Below, piece by piece: positions 47,576-58,069 of a stretch of DNA of 64,000 bases. Both the position numbers and the translations under genes were made by a program. The notes beneath the pieces are model-generated. The model did not search any database. It worked only from the letters and a program-made list of their open reading frames with translations, and was not told the DNA's origin. Source of the DNA: Deltaproteobacteria bacterium (GTDB lineage: Bacteria; Desulfobacterota; GWC2-55-46; UBA9637); contig JACRML010000009.1 of NCBI GenBank assembly GCA_016214995.1, positions 15,155-79,154 of the forward strand, given 5' to 3'. Numbering within the stretch: the stretch's first letter is position 1; each line of letters starts with the position of its first letter.

Positions 47576-48733
47576 ATGTCATTATCAAAAAATAAAAGAG
47601 CAATTCTTGCCCTTGCAGACGGCACGGTATTTGAAGGTTTTTCATTCGGTGGAGAAGGTGAAGCAATGGGCGAAGTGGTTTTCAATACCTCTATGTGCGG
47701 GTATCAGGAAGTTCTTACCGACCCATCCTATAAAGGTCAAATTGTTTCCATGACCTATACCCAGATAGGAAATTATGGCGTGGCTGAAGAGGATATAGAA
47801 TCAAATAAGCTATGGCTTGAGGGTTTTATAGTAAAGGAGTATTGCCCTTATCCGAGCAACTGGAGGGTGAAAGAGACGCTGGATAGTTATTTAAAGAAAA
47901 ATAAGATTGTTGGTATTCAGGGTGTAGATACAAGGGCGCTTACGAGGCATTTAAGGGACAGCGGTGCCATGAATGGGGTTATATCAACCGTAGATTTAAA
48001 CCCGGCAAATCTTGTTAAAAAGGCAAATAAATTTCCCTCAATGGCAGGGCTTGACCTTGCAAAAGAGGTTACCTGCAAGGAGCCTTATAAATGGAATCAA
48101 GGACTCTGGGATTTGGACAAAGGTTATCCCACCTCCCACCTCCCACCCCGCACCTCCTACAAAGTGGTTGCCTATGATTTTGGTATGAAATTAAACATAT
48201 TACGAAATCTTATTAATGTTGAGTGTGATGTTACAGTTGTGCCGGCTTCAACATCTGCCGAAGATGTTTTAAAGATGAATCCTGACGGTATATTCCTTTC
48301 TAACGGCCCCGGCGATCCGGATGCTGTTACCTACGCCATAGAAAATGTGCGGAAGCTGATTGGAAAAAAACCAATATTTGGTATTTGTCTAGGCCATCAG
48401 ATACTTGGTTTAGCGCTTGGCGGAAAGACATATAAACTTAAATTTGGCCATCACGGCGGGAATCAGCCTGTTATGGATTTGACCACCAACAAGGTTGAAA
48501 TCACTGCCCAGAATCATGGTTTTGCAGTAAATGTGGATTCCTTGAAAGGTATTGCTGAACTTACACATATCAATCTTAATGATAAAACTGTGGAGGGTCT
48601 GGCGCATACAAAACTGCCACTCTTCTCTGTGCAGTATCATCCCGAGGCATCTCCTGGGCCGCACGATTCTTCGTATCTATTCAGGCGCTTTGTTGACATG
48701 ATGGAGGGTAGGTGGAATTTCAAGGGTATATAG
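47576..48733 (+). CDS. carA: carbamoyl-phosphate synthase small (glutamine amidotransferase) subunit, with in-frame heptamer insertion
   Basis: N-terminal CPSase_sm domain; GATase catalytic GICLGHQ; (cccacct)n at 48127-48160 encodes [10 protein letters not shown]. Confidence 0.9.
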   Translation: MSLSKNKRAILALADGTVFEGFSFGGEGEAMGEVVFNTSMCGYQEVLTDPSYKGQIVSMTYTQIGNYGVAEEDIESNKLWLEGFIVKEYCPYPSNWRVKETLDSYLKKNKIVGIQGVDTRALTRHLRDSGAMNGVISTVDLNPANLVKKANKFPSMAGLDLAKEVTCKEPYKWNQGLWDLDKGYPTSHLPPRTSYKVVAYDFGMKLNILRNLINVECDVTVVPASTSAEDVLKMNPDGIFLSNGPGDPDAVTYAIENVRKLIGKKPIFGICLGHQILGLALGGKTYKLKFGHHGGNQPVMDLTTNKVEITAQNHGFAVNVDSLKGIAELTHINLNDKTVEGLAHTKLPLFSVQYHPEASPGPHDSSYLFRRFVDMMEGRWNFKGI

Positions 48734-49347
48734 AAAGACTGAAGACAGCTTTTATATCCGATATGTATGCGGATGAGATAAAAAAGGCAAAGCAGGAATT
48801 TATTGCTCACGGAGGCGAACTGGGCAGCGAGATAGACGGATATGAAGAAGCCTTGGACATCTTCTTTGACTGGTATCTCTTTGAAAGACCTCAACTGCGT
48901 GAAGGCCTTACCCCGTTGATATTGTTCTCAAGGAGCAATGACCTTTCAGATGAAGATAGAAAGATATATTCAGACTTTTTAGGTTATACCTACTCCATAT
49001 TCATTATAAGAAAGAGCGCTTCTAATGTTAAGGTGATGGATATATTCAGCAAGAAAAAATATCTGGTGGCCGGCGTTCCTGCGGCAGTGCTGGAGAAGGG
49101 GGATATGGCGGAGGCCAGGCTTTTGTTGTTCCGAGGGGAATACAGGTTTTCAGGCGCTTTCTGCTTTTATCCGGAAAGCATCCATTCAATTATCAAGACA
49201 GAGGCAGCGCAAGCAAGAAAGACAGGGGCGGAAAACTTTCTTCCTTTAATCAGGAAGTTCAGAAGGCTGAAAACCGTGTGGAGTAGATGCTCAAGAATGG
49301 ATGTGAAAAAGATTTATACGCTCATGGAGGAAGGACGGCTTGCGTAA
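48712..49347 (+). CDS. hypothetical protein (211 aa) at the start of an island inserted between carA and carB
   Basis: RBS-like aggtgg 4 nt upstream; overlaps the carA end by 22 nt; no recognisable domain. Confidence 0.45.
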   Translation: MEFQGYIERLKTAFISDMYADEIKKAKQEFIAHGGELGSEIDGYEEALDIFFDWYLFERPQLREGLTPLILFSRSNDLSDEDRKIYSDFLGYTYSIFIIRKSASNVKVMDIFSKKKYLVAGVPAAVLEKGDMAEARLLLFRGEYRFSGAFCFYPESIHSIIKTEAAQARKTGAENFLPLIRKFRRLKTVWSRCSRMDVKKIYTLMEEGRLA

Positions 49348-49454
49348 GGGGGGTATGAATTCAGGAACAGCCTCTGTTTCGCCGGAATATTCGAGAGCAG
49401 GTTGAAACCTGTTCTATACGTAAGAGATTCGTATACGATAAGGAGGAAGCCTTT

Positions 49455-49643
49455 ATGGAAACGGTAAAACAGGAAGTAAGCAACCTTCTCGCCAGATTGC
49501 CCGACAATTGCTCATTGGAGGATGTTCAGTATCATCTTTATGTTCTTCAGAAGATTGAACGAGGGTTGAAGGATGTTGCGGAAGGAAAAGTTTACACGCA
49601 AGAAGAGGTTGAGAAGAGGATGGCGAAATGGCTCGGAAAGTAA
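49455..49643 (+). CDS. type II antitoxin (ParD/RelB-like, partner of a ParE/RelE toxin)
   Basis: 62 aa; GGAGG RBS; 16-nt overlap with the downstream ParE-like gene. Confidence 0.6.
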   Translation: METVKQEVSNLLARLPDNCSLEDVQYHLYVLQKIERGLKDVAEGKVYTQEEVEKRMAKWLGK

Positions 49644-49945
49644 TCTGGTCTTATGAAGCTACAAAAGACCTTGATGCTCTTGCCGAATACATAGCGCGGG
49701 ATTCTTCGTTTTACGCCGCTGCATTTACCCAAGAAATTTTGGATGCCAGCCGCACACTCAATGAACTTTCTGAACGAGGACGTGTCGTTCCGGAACTTGA
49801 CGAAGACAACATTAGAGAACTTTTTATCCGAGAATATCGTCTCATTTACAGCATAGAACGACCACATGTTGTAATTCTGGCTCTTGTGCATGGAGCGAGA
49901 GATTTGAAAGTGTTATGGGAAAAGGAGAACAGGGACCTATCGTGA
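49628..49945 (+). CDS. ParE/RelE-family type II toxin
   Basis: ...IREYRLIYSIERPHVVILALVHGARD, characteristic of the ParE/RelE fold; 105 aa. Confidence 0.7.
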   Translation: MARKVIWSYEATKDLDALAEYIARDSSFYAAAFTQEILDASRTLNELSERGRVVPELDEDNIRELFIREYRLIYSIERPHVVILALVHGARDLKVLWEKENRDLS

Positions 49946-50002
49946 ACCATGTCCCCCTCTGGAGGGGGCAGGGGGAGGATGTTTTTGCAATGATGACAGG
50001 CA

Positions 50003-50617
50003 ATGAAAACTATTGGACATATGCAAATTAATAGCAACCTATCTATTGAAACTACACGGAAGAAAGCTCTTGAGAGAATGCAAAAAGGCATAATTGCCTA
50101 TAAATTGTCCAATCTTGGATGGGATGTTTCGGAACATTATGGAGACGGATTTGATTTATTATGTTTGCGAAATCAAGATGGGACTCAGGAGATTGCAAGA
50201 AAGATAGAATTAAAGGCTGTTGACCTTAAATCTTATTCAAGAGAAGCAAAAAATAAATCTCATTCAAGAAAAGCAAAAAGTTTTTCCCAAGCCATATCAC
50301 CCAATGAAATTGTTGCATCTACCCACATAATAATCTCTATTTTTAATGAGATTGAACTCAAAGGACACTTTGTTATGTCTATTCGACAAGTCTTCAATGC
50401 AGTAAAAAAGAAGAAGACATCAAAATTTAAAAAGTACAAATCTTTTTCAGAATTTCAAAAGGCTGCATGGAAGGTTTCTCAAAAAAAGGTATTGCGTCGG
50501 AAAGGTAACAAGAAAAAATTACCCAGATTGAGCTTGGATATAGGATGTACCTTTAAGAAGTTTAATAAAGGTGACTGGGAGTTGGACACTTTCAAGGACA
50601 AATGGGATAATTTATAA
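50003..50617 (+). CDS. PD-(D/E)xK nuclease-like protein (YraN/Hjc-like core) with lysine-rich C-terminal extension
   Basis: LSNLGWDV...GDGFDLLCL...IARKIELKAV matches the E..D..ExK arrangement of YraN/Hjc-type nucleases; AT-rich gene. Confidence 0.45.
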   Translation: MKTIGHMQINSNLSIETTRKKALERMQKGIIAYKLSNLGWDVSEHYGDGFDLLCLRNQDGTQEIARKIELKAVDLKSYSREAKNKSHSRKAKSFSQAISPNEIVASTHIIISIFNEIELKGHFVMSIRQVFNAVKKKKTSKFKKYKSFSEFQKAAWKVSQKKVLRRKGNKKKLPRLSLDIGCTFKKFNKGDWELDTFKDKWDNL

Positions 50618-50688
50618 AATAATCATTTGTTGGAATTGCTATGCAGGGTGGCATAGCCCACCATCCTAAATAAATCAAGGAGTTCGCT

Positions 50689-52485
50689 TTGCCAAAACGG
50701 ACAGACATAAAAAAGATCTTAATAATCGGCGCGGGGCCGATTATCATCGGCCAGGCGTGCGAATTCGATTATTCCGGCACTCAGGCGTGCAAGGCTTTGA
50801 AGGAGGAGGGGTATGAGGTTGTGCTCATCAACTCAAATCCGGCAACCATTATGACCGACCCCGGTTTTGCGGACAAAACCTACATTGAGCCGATTACGCC
50901 GGAGATTGTTGAGAAGATAATTGAAAAGGAAAGACCGGATGCGTTGCTGCCGACTATGGGTGGACAGACCGCGCTCAATACTGCGGTGGCTTTGGCGGAG
51001 TCAGGTGTTCTGGAAAAATATAAGGTTGAACTTATCGGCGCAAAACTTCCGGCAATAAAAAAGGCGGAGGACAGGGAACTCTTTAAAGAGGCGATGAAAC
51101 GGATCGGTCTTGAAGTTCCAGCCAGCGGTTATGCCAAGACGCTTACTGATGCGCAGAGCATCATGGAGGAGATGAGCTATCCTGCAATCATCCGGCCATC
51201 CTTTACCCTTGGCGGAACAGGCGGCGGCATTGCCTACAACAGCGAGGAATTCAAGGACATGGTGCAATACGGTCTTGACGCAAGCCCTTACAGCGAACTG
51301 CTGATTGAAGAATCTGTTATAGGCTGGAAGGAATATGAGCTTGAGGTGATGAGGGATACTAAAGACAATGTGGTAATTATCTGCTCTATTGAAAATTTTG
51401 ACCCGATGGGCGTTCACACCGGCGATTCCATAACCGTTGCACCCGCGCAGACGCTCACGGATAAAGAATATCAGATTATGCGTGATGCAGCGTTAAAGAT
51501 TATCCGGGAGATTGGCGTTGATACCGGCGGCTCCAATATCCAGTTTTCCCTGAATCCCGACAACGGCAAGATGTATGTGATAGAGATGAATCCCCGCGTC
51601 TCCCGTTCATCCGCGCTTGCGAGCAAGGCAACCGGCTTTCCCATTGCAAAGATTGCGGCAAAATTGGCAGTGGGTTATACCCTTGATGAGATACCGAATG
51701 ACATAACAAAAAAGACGCCGGCATGTTTTGAGCCTACCATTGATTATGTTGTCACAAAGATTCCGAGATTCACCTTTGAAAAATTTCCGCAGGCTGACTC
51801 AACCCTTACAACACAGATGAAGTCTGTGGGTGAAGTAATGGCAATAGGCAGAACATTTAAAGAATCTCTGCAAAAGGCGCTCAGGTCTCTTGAGATAGGA
51901 AGCTATGGCTTTGAGATAAAGAAATCGGTAAGATATGAGAAACCCGGTGATTATATAGAAGTAATTAAGGAAAAACTCAGAGTGCCTAATTGGGAAAGGC
52001 TTTGGTATATAGGGGATGCATTCAGATGCGGCGTGACTGTTGATGAGATATTTGAGTTGTCAAAAATAGATAGATGGTTTTTGCATAATATAAGGGAGAT
52101 TGTGGAGTTTGAGGAGGATATCAGAAGTCAGAAGTCAGAAGTCAGAAGTCAGAAGCAAGAAAAAAATCTTGCCTCTTGCCCCTTGCCTCTTGCCTCCGAT
52201 TTATTACGGCAGGCAAAGGAACTTGGGTTTTCTGACAGGCGAATAGCCCGGCTTCTATCAACAGGAAAGAAGTTAGGCGGCAAAAGGTGCGATGTTCCTT
52301 CTGGCAAAGATTTAGAAGTAAAAGAACATGAAATCAGAAAAAAAAGAATTGATGCCGGTATCCTGCCTGCCTATAAAACAGTTGATACCTGCGGCGCAGA
52401 ATTTGAGGCGTTTACGCCGTATCTGTATTCAACTTATGAAAAACCATACTATAAGATTCAAAATTCAAAATTCAAAATTCCTTGA
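50689..52485 (+). CDS. carB: carbamoyl-phosphate synthase large subunit, N-terminal half (split carB), with heptamer insertions
   Basis: [28 protein letters not shown]...; ATP-grasp 1 and oligomerisation domain; (agaagtc)n and (cttgcct)n at 52121-52198; C-terminal tail encoded by (aaaattc)n. Confidence 0.9.
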   Translation: MPKRTDIKKILIIGAGPIIIGQACEFDYSGTQACKALKEEGYEVVLINSNPATIMTDPGFADKTYIEPITPEIVEKIIEKERPDALLPTMGGQTALNTAVALAESGVLEKYKVELIGAKLPAIKKAEDRELFKEAMKRIGLEVPASGYAKTLTDAQSIMEEMSYPAIIRPSFTLGGTGGGIAYNSEEFKDMVQYGLDASPYSELLIEESVIGWKEYELEVMRDTKDNVVIICSIENFDPMGVHTGDSITVAPAQTLTDKEYQIMRDAALKIIREIGVDTGGSNIQFSLNPDNGKMYVIEMNPRVSRSSALASKATGFPIAKIAAKLAVGYTLDEIPNDITKKTPACFEPTIDYVVTKIPRFTFEKFPQADSTLTTQMKSVGEVMAIGRTFKESLQKALRSLEIGSYGFEIKKSVRYEKPGDYIEVIKEKLRVPNWERLWYIGDAFRCGVTVDEIFELSKIDRWFLHNIREIVEFEEDIRSQKSEVRSQKQEKNLASCPLPLASDLLRQAKELGFSDRRIARLLSTGKKLGGKRCDVPSGKDLEVKEHEIRKKRIDAGILPAYKTVDTCGAEFEAFTPYLYSTYEKPYYKIQNSKFKIP

Positions 52486-54224
52486 ATATTGAATCTGGAA
52501 TCTTGAATTCTGCTGAAAGCAGATATGACTGCGAAGCAAATCCTACCAACCGCAAGAAGGTGATAATCCTCGGCAGCGGGCCGAACAGAATAGGTCAGGG
52601 CATTGAGTTTGACTATTGCTGTGTGCATGCATCATTTGCTTTAAAAGAAGAAGGGATTGAAACAATCATGGTTAACTGTAATCCTGAGACTGTTTCAACA
52701 GATTATGACACATCGGACAGGCTTTATTTTGAGCCCCTTACATTTGAAGATGTTATGAATATAATTGAAAAGGAAAAACCGTATGGCATTATTGTCCAAT
52801 TTGGCGGGCAAACTCCCCTGAAACTTGCAGTGCCTCTTGAAAAGGCAGGGGTGAAAATACTTGGCACATCCCCTGATTCAATTGATATTGCAGAAGACAG
52901 GGAGAGATTTGATAAACTCCTTACAAAACTAAATTTAAAAAGACCTGAAAGCGGTGTGGCCCGCTCAATTGATGAAGCAATTAATATTGCATTGGAAATT
53001 GGCTATCCTGTAATGGTCAGGCCGTCGTATGTTCTCGGCGGCAGGGCAATGGAAATAGTTTACACAGAGGATAGCTTGAAAGGTTATATGACAAGGGCAG
53101 TGGAGGCATCTCCCGAACATCCTGTGCTTATTGATAAGTTCTTGAATAATGCGACAGAGGTTGATGTTGACTGTATAAGTGATGGAAAGGATGTTGTTAT
53201 TGGCGGGATTATGGAGCATATTGAAGAGGCAGGCATTCATTCGGGCGATTCAGCTTGCTCCATACCGCCACACTCTCTTAACCCGAAGGTAATTGGCAAC
53301 ATAAGAAAGCAAACAATAGCCATGGCAAAAGAGTTGAATGTTGTCGGTTTGATGAATGTTCAGTTTGCAGTGAAAAAAAATCCCCCCATACCCCCCTTTG
53401 AAAAAGGGGGGATTGAGGAGGGATTAAACAAGGGTCAAGGGTCAGAAAAATACGAAATATATGTGCTTGAGGTCAATCCCAGGGCGTCAAGGACTGTGCC
53501 GTTTGTAAGCAAGGCCATAGGCAAGCCTTTGGCAAAAATTGCGGCAAAGGTAATGATAGGCAAGACACTCAAAGAACTTGGATTTACAAAAGAGGTTGTG
53601 CCGCAGCACACATCGGTCAAGGAATCGGTATTCCCATTTATAAAATTCCCTGGTGTTGATACTATACTCGGCCCTGAGATGAAATCAACAGGCGAGGTTA
53701 TGGGCATAGATGCGGATTTCGGCAAGGCCTTTGCCAAGGCGCAGATTGCGGCAGGGACTAAACTCCCTTTAAAAGGCACAGTATTTATCAGCGTTAAAGA
53801 TGATGATAAAGATGAGGTTATACCGGCTGCAAAGAAATTAGAGGGCATGGGCTTTAAAATCATTGCAACAAGCGGGACTGCGCAGCATCTGAAAGCAAAA
53901 GGGGTTAATGCAGAATTTGTGTATAAGGTTGGCGAGGGCAGGCCGCATATAGTGGACAAAATAAAGAGCGGCGAGATAGCAATGGTGATAAACACATCTT
54001 TTGGGGCAAAGTCTGTGGCAGATTCATATTCAATAAGACGTTCAGCCCTCGTGTATAATGTTCCATATTTTACAACCGTTGCCGGCGCAAAGGCCGCGGC
54101 ACAGGGTATAACATCGTTAATCAGAGAGGGGCTTAAGGTAAAACCGATACAGGAATATCATAAGGCGAGTCAAGAGTCAAAAGTCAAGAGTCAAAGAAAT
54201 CTTTTACTTATAACTTCTGACTAA
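52482..54224 (+). CDS. carB: carbamoyl-phosphate synthase large subunit, C-terminal half (split carB; TTG start overlapping the upstream stop as TTGA)
   Basis: [25 protein letters not shown]...; ATP-grasp 2 and MGS-like domain; C-terminus encoded by (agtcaag)n at 54167-54196. Confidence 0.85.
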   Translation: MNIESGILNSAESRYDCEANPTNRKKVIILGSGPNRIGQGIEFDYCCVHASFALKEEGIETIMVNCNPETVSTDYDTSDRLYFEPLTFEDVMNIIEKEKPYGIIVQFGGQTPLKLAVPLEKAGVKILGTSPDSIDIAEDRERFDKLLTKLNLKRPESGVARSIDEAINIALEIGYPVMVRPSYVLGGRAMEIVYTEDSLKGYMTRAVEASPEHPVLIDKFLNNATEVDVDCISDGKDVVIGGIMEHIEEAGIHSGDSACSIPPHSLNPKVIGNIRKQTIAMAKELNVVGLMNVQFAVKKNPPIPPFEKGGIEEGLNKGQGSEKYEIYVLEVNPRASRTVPFVSKAIGKPLAKIAAKVMIGKTLKELGFTKEVVPQHTSVKESVFPFIKFPGVDTILGPEMKSTGEVMGIDADFGKAFAKAQIAAGTKLPLKGTVFISVKDDDKDEVIPAAKKLEGMGFKIIATSGTAQHLKAKGVNAEFVYKVGEGRPHIVDKIKSGEIAMVINTSFGAKSVADSYSIRRSALVYNVPYFTTVAGAKAAAQGITSLIREGLKVKPIQEYHKASQESKVKSQRNLLLITSD

Positions 54225-54228
54225 CGAA

Positions 54229-54300
54229 GCTGTTGACAAAGTCATCAACAGCCTTGATTACACAGATTAGAAAAAATGATTACACAGATATTTCAAGGAG
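54229..54300 (+). promoter_or_regulatory. ~60-bp element with repeated TGTGTAATC/GATTACACA motifs upstream of recG; reverse-complement copy at 63160-63230
   Basis: gctgttgacaaagtcatcaacagccttgattacacagattagaaaaaatgattacacagat; additional ggtgtaatc and tctgtgtaatc copies at 54303-54335. Confidence 0.6.
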
Positions 54301-54393
54301 TTTTAATCGGTGTAATCTAATCTTTAATCTGTGTAATCAGAGATTGTTGAGTTTGTCAACAATCTCTAATGACCTATCACTTGTTATTCTCAT

Positions 54394-56952
54394 ATGGATT
54401 CAACCGCACACGATCCATTTTTTCAAATCATTTCAAACCTTCTCAAGCCGTTATTGTTTGCATCAAAAGATAATTTTGCCCATCTGTCTGCAGTAAAGGA
54501 TATTGAACCCCTTGTGCAAAATCTTTGCCGTCAGGCCCTGGCTTTTCCCATATCAGAGAATAATGTCAAAGAACTTCAAAATGTGTTTGAAGGTTTTGAT
54601 TCATTGGCACTGGAGGGAAAGAAAGATAAGATAAGAAAAGCGCTGGAAATTATTAAAGTAATCAGCAATCAGTGGTCAGTGGTCAGTATATTTGCTGAAA
54701 GCCGAAAGCTGAATGTTGAATGCTACTCTTTAGATGAGATAAAAACCAGATTATCCAAAATTTCAACTCCTCTCAAGGCAGTTAAAGGCATCGGGCCGAA
54801 ACTGGGTGAGGTGTTCAGAAAAAAAGGATTAGAGACCGTGGAAGATATTTTATACTGGCTGCCCATCAGATACGAAGACAGGCGGCAGATAAAAAAGATT
54901 GCCCAATTGAGATTCGGGGTAAGAGAGGTTGCCTCCGGTGAGATAATGGCTATGAGGGAGGTTTTTTACGGCAGGCGCAAAGTCTTTGAGATTAGTATGG
55001 GTGACGGGAGCGGGTTTTTAAGACTGAAATGGTTTAATTACAGGCTTCCGCTTATAAAAAAGAGATATAAGATTGCCCAGAGATTGGTGGTCTATGGAGA
55101 GATTGGAAGCTTTGGCGGACAGAAAGAGATAATCCACCCTGATGTGGATATTTTCGAAAAGGATGAGGAACTGGATGCTATTAACTTTAATGCCATTGTA
55201 CCGGTCTATTCACAAATCGGGAATTTGCATCAGAAGACTTTGCGGAAGATAATGAGAAAGATAGTTGAAGAATATGTGTGTTGCGCAACCGGCGCTGTGC
55301 CTTCGTATATGCTGAAACGTTACGGGCTCATGGAATTGCCAAATGCTTTGGCTGAGGCCCATAAACCCAACTCCAAATTCCCAACTCCTAACCCAGAACT
55401 GTCCAAAGGCTGGCTGCCGAAAAAGAGCCTTGTATTTGATGAATTGTTTTGTCTTGAGATTGGGCTTGCGTTAAAAAAAGGCAATACGGAGAGAGAAAGC
55501 GGTATTGCGTTCACTGTGGGGACAGATTTGAAATCTCTCCCCATGGTTGAAAATTTTAAAAATATGCTGCCATTTGAATTAACCACGGCGCAGGAGAGGG
55601 TTGTCTCTGAGATAAAAAGGGATATGGCGGCACCTCATCCCATGAATCGCCTGATACAGGGCGATGTTGGCTCAGGCAAGACAGTTGTTGCATTCATTGC
55701 CAGCCTCATTGCCATTGAAAATAATTATCAATCTGCAATCATGGCTCCGACAGAGATACTTGCTGAGCAGCATTATCTTAATATCCATAGATACGCAGAT
55801 GGCATTGGCATAAGGATTGCATTTTTAAGCGGCAGCCTTACAAAATCTGAGAAGACAGGAATTCTGGATGGTATAAAAACAGGGAGGATAGACCTTGCCA
55901 TAGGCACTCATGCGCTTATTCAGGAGGATGTGGAATTTAAAAAGCTTGGCCTTGTAATTGTGGATGAGCAGCACAGATTTGGCGTTATGCAGAGGGCAAT
56001 GCTGAAAAAAAAGGGGCAAGGGGTAAGCCTGTCCCCGCAGGCATTAAGCAGGGAGGGCAAGGGGCAAGAAAGAAGTGGACTTGACTCCGGCTGCTTGACC
56101 CTGACCCCTGATGTATTAGTTATGACCGCCACACCGATACCGAGGACATTGGCCATGACCGTTTTTGGCGACCTTGATGTTTCGGTTATTGATGAATTGC
56201 CGCCAGGGAGAAGGCCGATTAAAACAAAGGCTCTCAGAGGAAATGGAAGAGATCAGGTTTATAAGATTATAAGAGGAGAACTTGCAAAAGGGAGGCAGAG
56301 CTATATTGTCTATCCGCTTATAGAGGAGTCGGAGGAGCTTGATTTAAGAGATGCTACGAAGATGGCAGAGCATTTGCAGAAGGATATATTCCATGAGTAT
56401 AAGATTGGTCTTTTGCATGGACGGATAAAGGCAGAGGAAAAGGAAAATATTATGAAGGCCTTTAAGTCAAAAGAAATAAATATACTCGTATCTACAACGG
56501 TTATAGAAGTTGGAATAGATGTGCCGAATGCAACAGTTATGGTAATTGAACATGCGGAACGGTTCGGCCTTTCACAGCTTCATCAACTCCGGGGCAGAGT
56601 GGGAAGGGGAGATCACAACTCGTATTGTATTCTCCTTGCTGATAAAATTGGCTCCGACGATTCCTACAAAAGATTAAAGGTTATGGAAGAGACTAATGAC
56701 GGTTTCAGAATAGCAGAAGAGGATTTGAATATCCGAGGGCCAGGAGATTTTCTCGGCACAAGGCAGTCCGGGCTCCCTGATTTCAGGGTTGCCAACCTTT
56801 TAATAGATGCTTCAATACTTCAGAAGGCTAGGGATGAGGCATTCAATATAATAAAAATAGACCCAGCCCTTGTAATGCCGGAGCATGCGGCTTTAAAGGA
56901 GATTGTAAAGATGCGCTGGAAGGGAAGGATGGAACTGGCACAAATTGGGTAG
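54394..56952 (+). CDS. recG: ATP-dependent DNA helicase RecG (with N-terminal extension and an in-frame G-rich repeat insertion)
   Basis: Wedge region LKAVKGIGPKLGEVF..LPIRYED; helicase motifs GDVGSGKT, VDEQHRFGV, TATPIPRTL; insertion at ~56010-56110 (ggcaagg repeats). Confidence 0.9.
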   Translation: MDSTAHDPFFQIISNLLKPLLFASKDNFAHLSAVKDIEPLVQNLCRQALAFPISENNVKELQNVFEGFDSLALEGKKDKIRKALEIIKVISNQWSVVSIFAESRKLNVECYSLDEIKTRLSKISTPLKAVKGIGPKLGEVFRKKGLETVEDILYWLPIRYEDRRQIKKIAQLRFGVREVASGEIMAMREVFYGRRKVFEISMGDGSGFLRLKWFNYRLPLIKKRYKIAQRLVVYGEIGSFGGQKEIIHPDVDIFEKDEELDAINFNAIVPVYSQIGNLHQKTLRKIMRKIVEEYVCCATGAVPSYMLKRYGLMELPNALAEAHKPNSKFPTPNPELSKGWLPKKSLVFDELFCLEIGLALKKGNTERESGIAFTVGTDLKSLPMVENFKNMLPFELTTAQERVVSEIKRDMAAPHPMNRLIQGDVGSGKTVVAFIASLIAIENNYQSAIMAPTEILAEQHYLNIHRYADGIGIRIAFLSGSLTKSEKTGILDGIKTGRIDLAIGTHALIQEDVEFKKLGLVIVDEQHRFGVMQRAMLKKKGQGVSLSPQALSREGKGQERSGLDSGCLTLTPDVLVMTATPIPRTLAMTVFGDLDVSVIDELPPGRRPIKTKALRGNGRDQVYKIIRGELAKGRQSYIVYPLIEESEELDLRDATKMAEHLQKDIFHEYKIGLLHGRIKAEEKENIMKAFKSKEINILVSTTVIEVGIDVPNATVMVIEHAERFGLSQLHQLRGRVGRGDHNSYCILLADKIGSDDSYKRLKVMEETNDGFRIAEEDLNIRGPGDFLGTRQSGLPDFRVANLLIDASILQKARDEAFNIIKIDPALVMPEHAALKEIVKMRWKGRMELAQIG

Positions 56953-58069
56953 ATTAGCAAAAAGACTAAATCAAATTTATAACAAATTAAGCCAGGGAGA
57001 TGAGAAAGGTTTTTTATACTATTCTGCCTTTCTGCCATTATACTTTTTCTCTCTTCTTTACGGTATAGGAGTTAGAGTTAGATTTTTCCTCTACCTCATC
57101 GGTTTGTTTAAGACCAGAAAACTTGATTGTAAGGTCATCTCTATTGGTAATATAACCGTAGGTGGGAGCGGCAAAACGCCTATGGCAATATTTCTTGCTG
57201 AGAAGTTCAGAGAAAAAGGCAAAAAAGTCGTTATCCTGAGCAGGGGTTACAATGGAAAGATAAAAGATATTGGTGTTGTCTCTGATGGAGAGAATATACT
57301 ATTAGGTCCTGAGGATGCAGGAGATGAGCCGTATTTGATGGCTGCAAAGTTGAAAACCATTCCTGTGATAGTCGGCAGAGACCGTTACACGACTGGTCTT
57401 TATGCCATTGAAAGATTCAAGCCCGATGTTATTATCCTTGATGACGGTTTTCAGCATATAAGGCTATATAGGGATGTGGATATTGTTCTTATTGATTTGA
57501 GAAAGGGATTTGGCAATGGACATCTTTTCCCATTGGGTACGTTAAGGGAACCATTTAGCGGACTTAAACGGGGAACATTTTTTTTGATGAAAGGGATAAG
57601 ACCACTCTTTGAGAAAAATGCCAGCCAACTATTTATCTCGCTTATAAAAGGGTTGGCTAAAGCCAGACCAAATGGCGCAATAGAACATTGCCTTGGTTAT
57701 TTCACTTATGAATCAAAAAACATTTGCAATCTTTTTGATAACGACAGATTGGATGTAAGTATTCTAAAAAACAAAAGAGTTATTGCGCTCTCCGGAATAG
57801 CGGATCCAAAATCTTTTAAGCATACATTAGAAGGGCTGGGAGCCTCAGTAATAAAAGAAATTGCCTTGCCTGACCATTATGCATACACCCATAAAGATAT
57901 ACAAATAATTGCCAGAGAGGCGGAGGGTGTGGATATGGTGATTACTACTATGAAGGATGCTGTAAAATTGAAAAGCTTTTCAATAGAACATCTGCCAATC
58001 TATGCCCTTGATATAGAGGTGGAGATAGAAGGTGTAGAAATATTTGAGAAAGTTGCAGGACTCCATTGA
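56945..58069 (+). CDS. lpxK: tetraacyldisaccharide 4'-kinase
   Basis: VISIGNITVGGSGKTP P-loop typical of LpxK; overlaps recG by 8 nt. Confidence 0.8.
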   Translation: MGRLAKRLNQIYNKLSQGDEKGFLYYSAFLPLYFFSLLYGIGVRVRFFLYLIGLFKTRKLDCKVISIGNITVGGSGKTPMAIFLAEKFREKGKKVVILSRGYNGKIKDIGVVSDGENILLGPEDAGDEPYLMAAKLKTIPVIVGRDRYTTGLYAIERFKPDVIILDDGFQHIRLYRDVDIVLIDLRKGFGNGHLFPLGTLREPFSGLKRGTFFLMKGIRPLFEKNASQLFISLIKGLAKARPNGAIEHCLGYFTYESKNICNLFDNDRLDVSILKNKRVIALSGIADPKSFKHTLEGLGASVIKEIALPDHYAYTHKDIQIIAREAEGVDMVITTMKDAVKLKSFSIEHLPIYALDIEVEIEGVEIFEKVAGLH

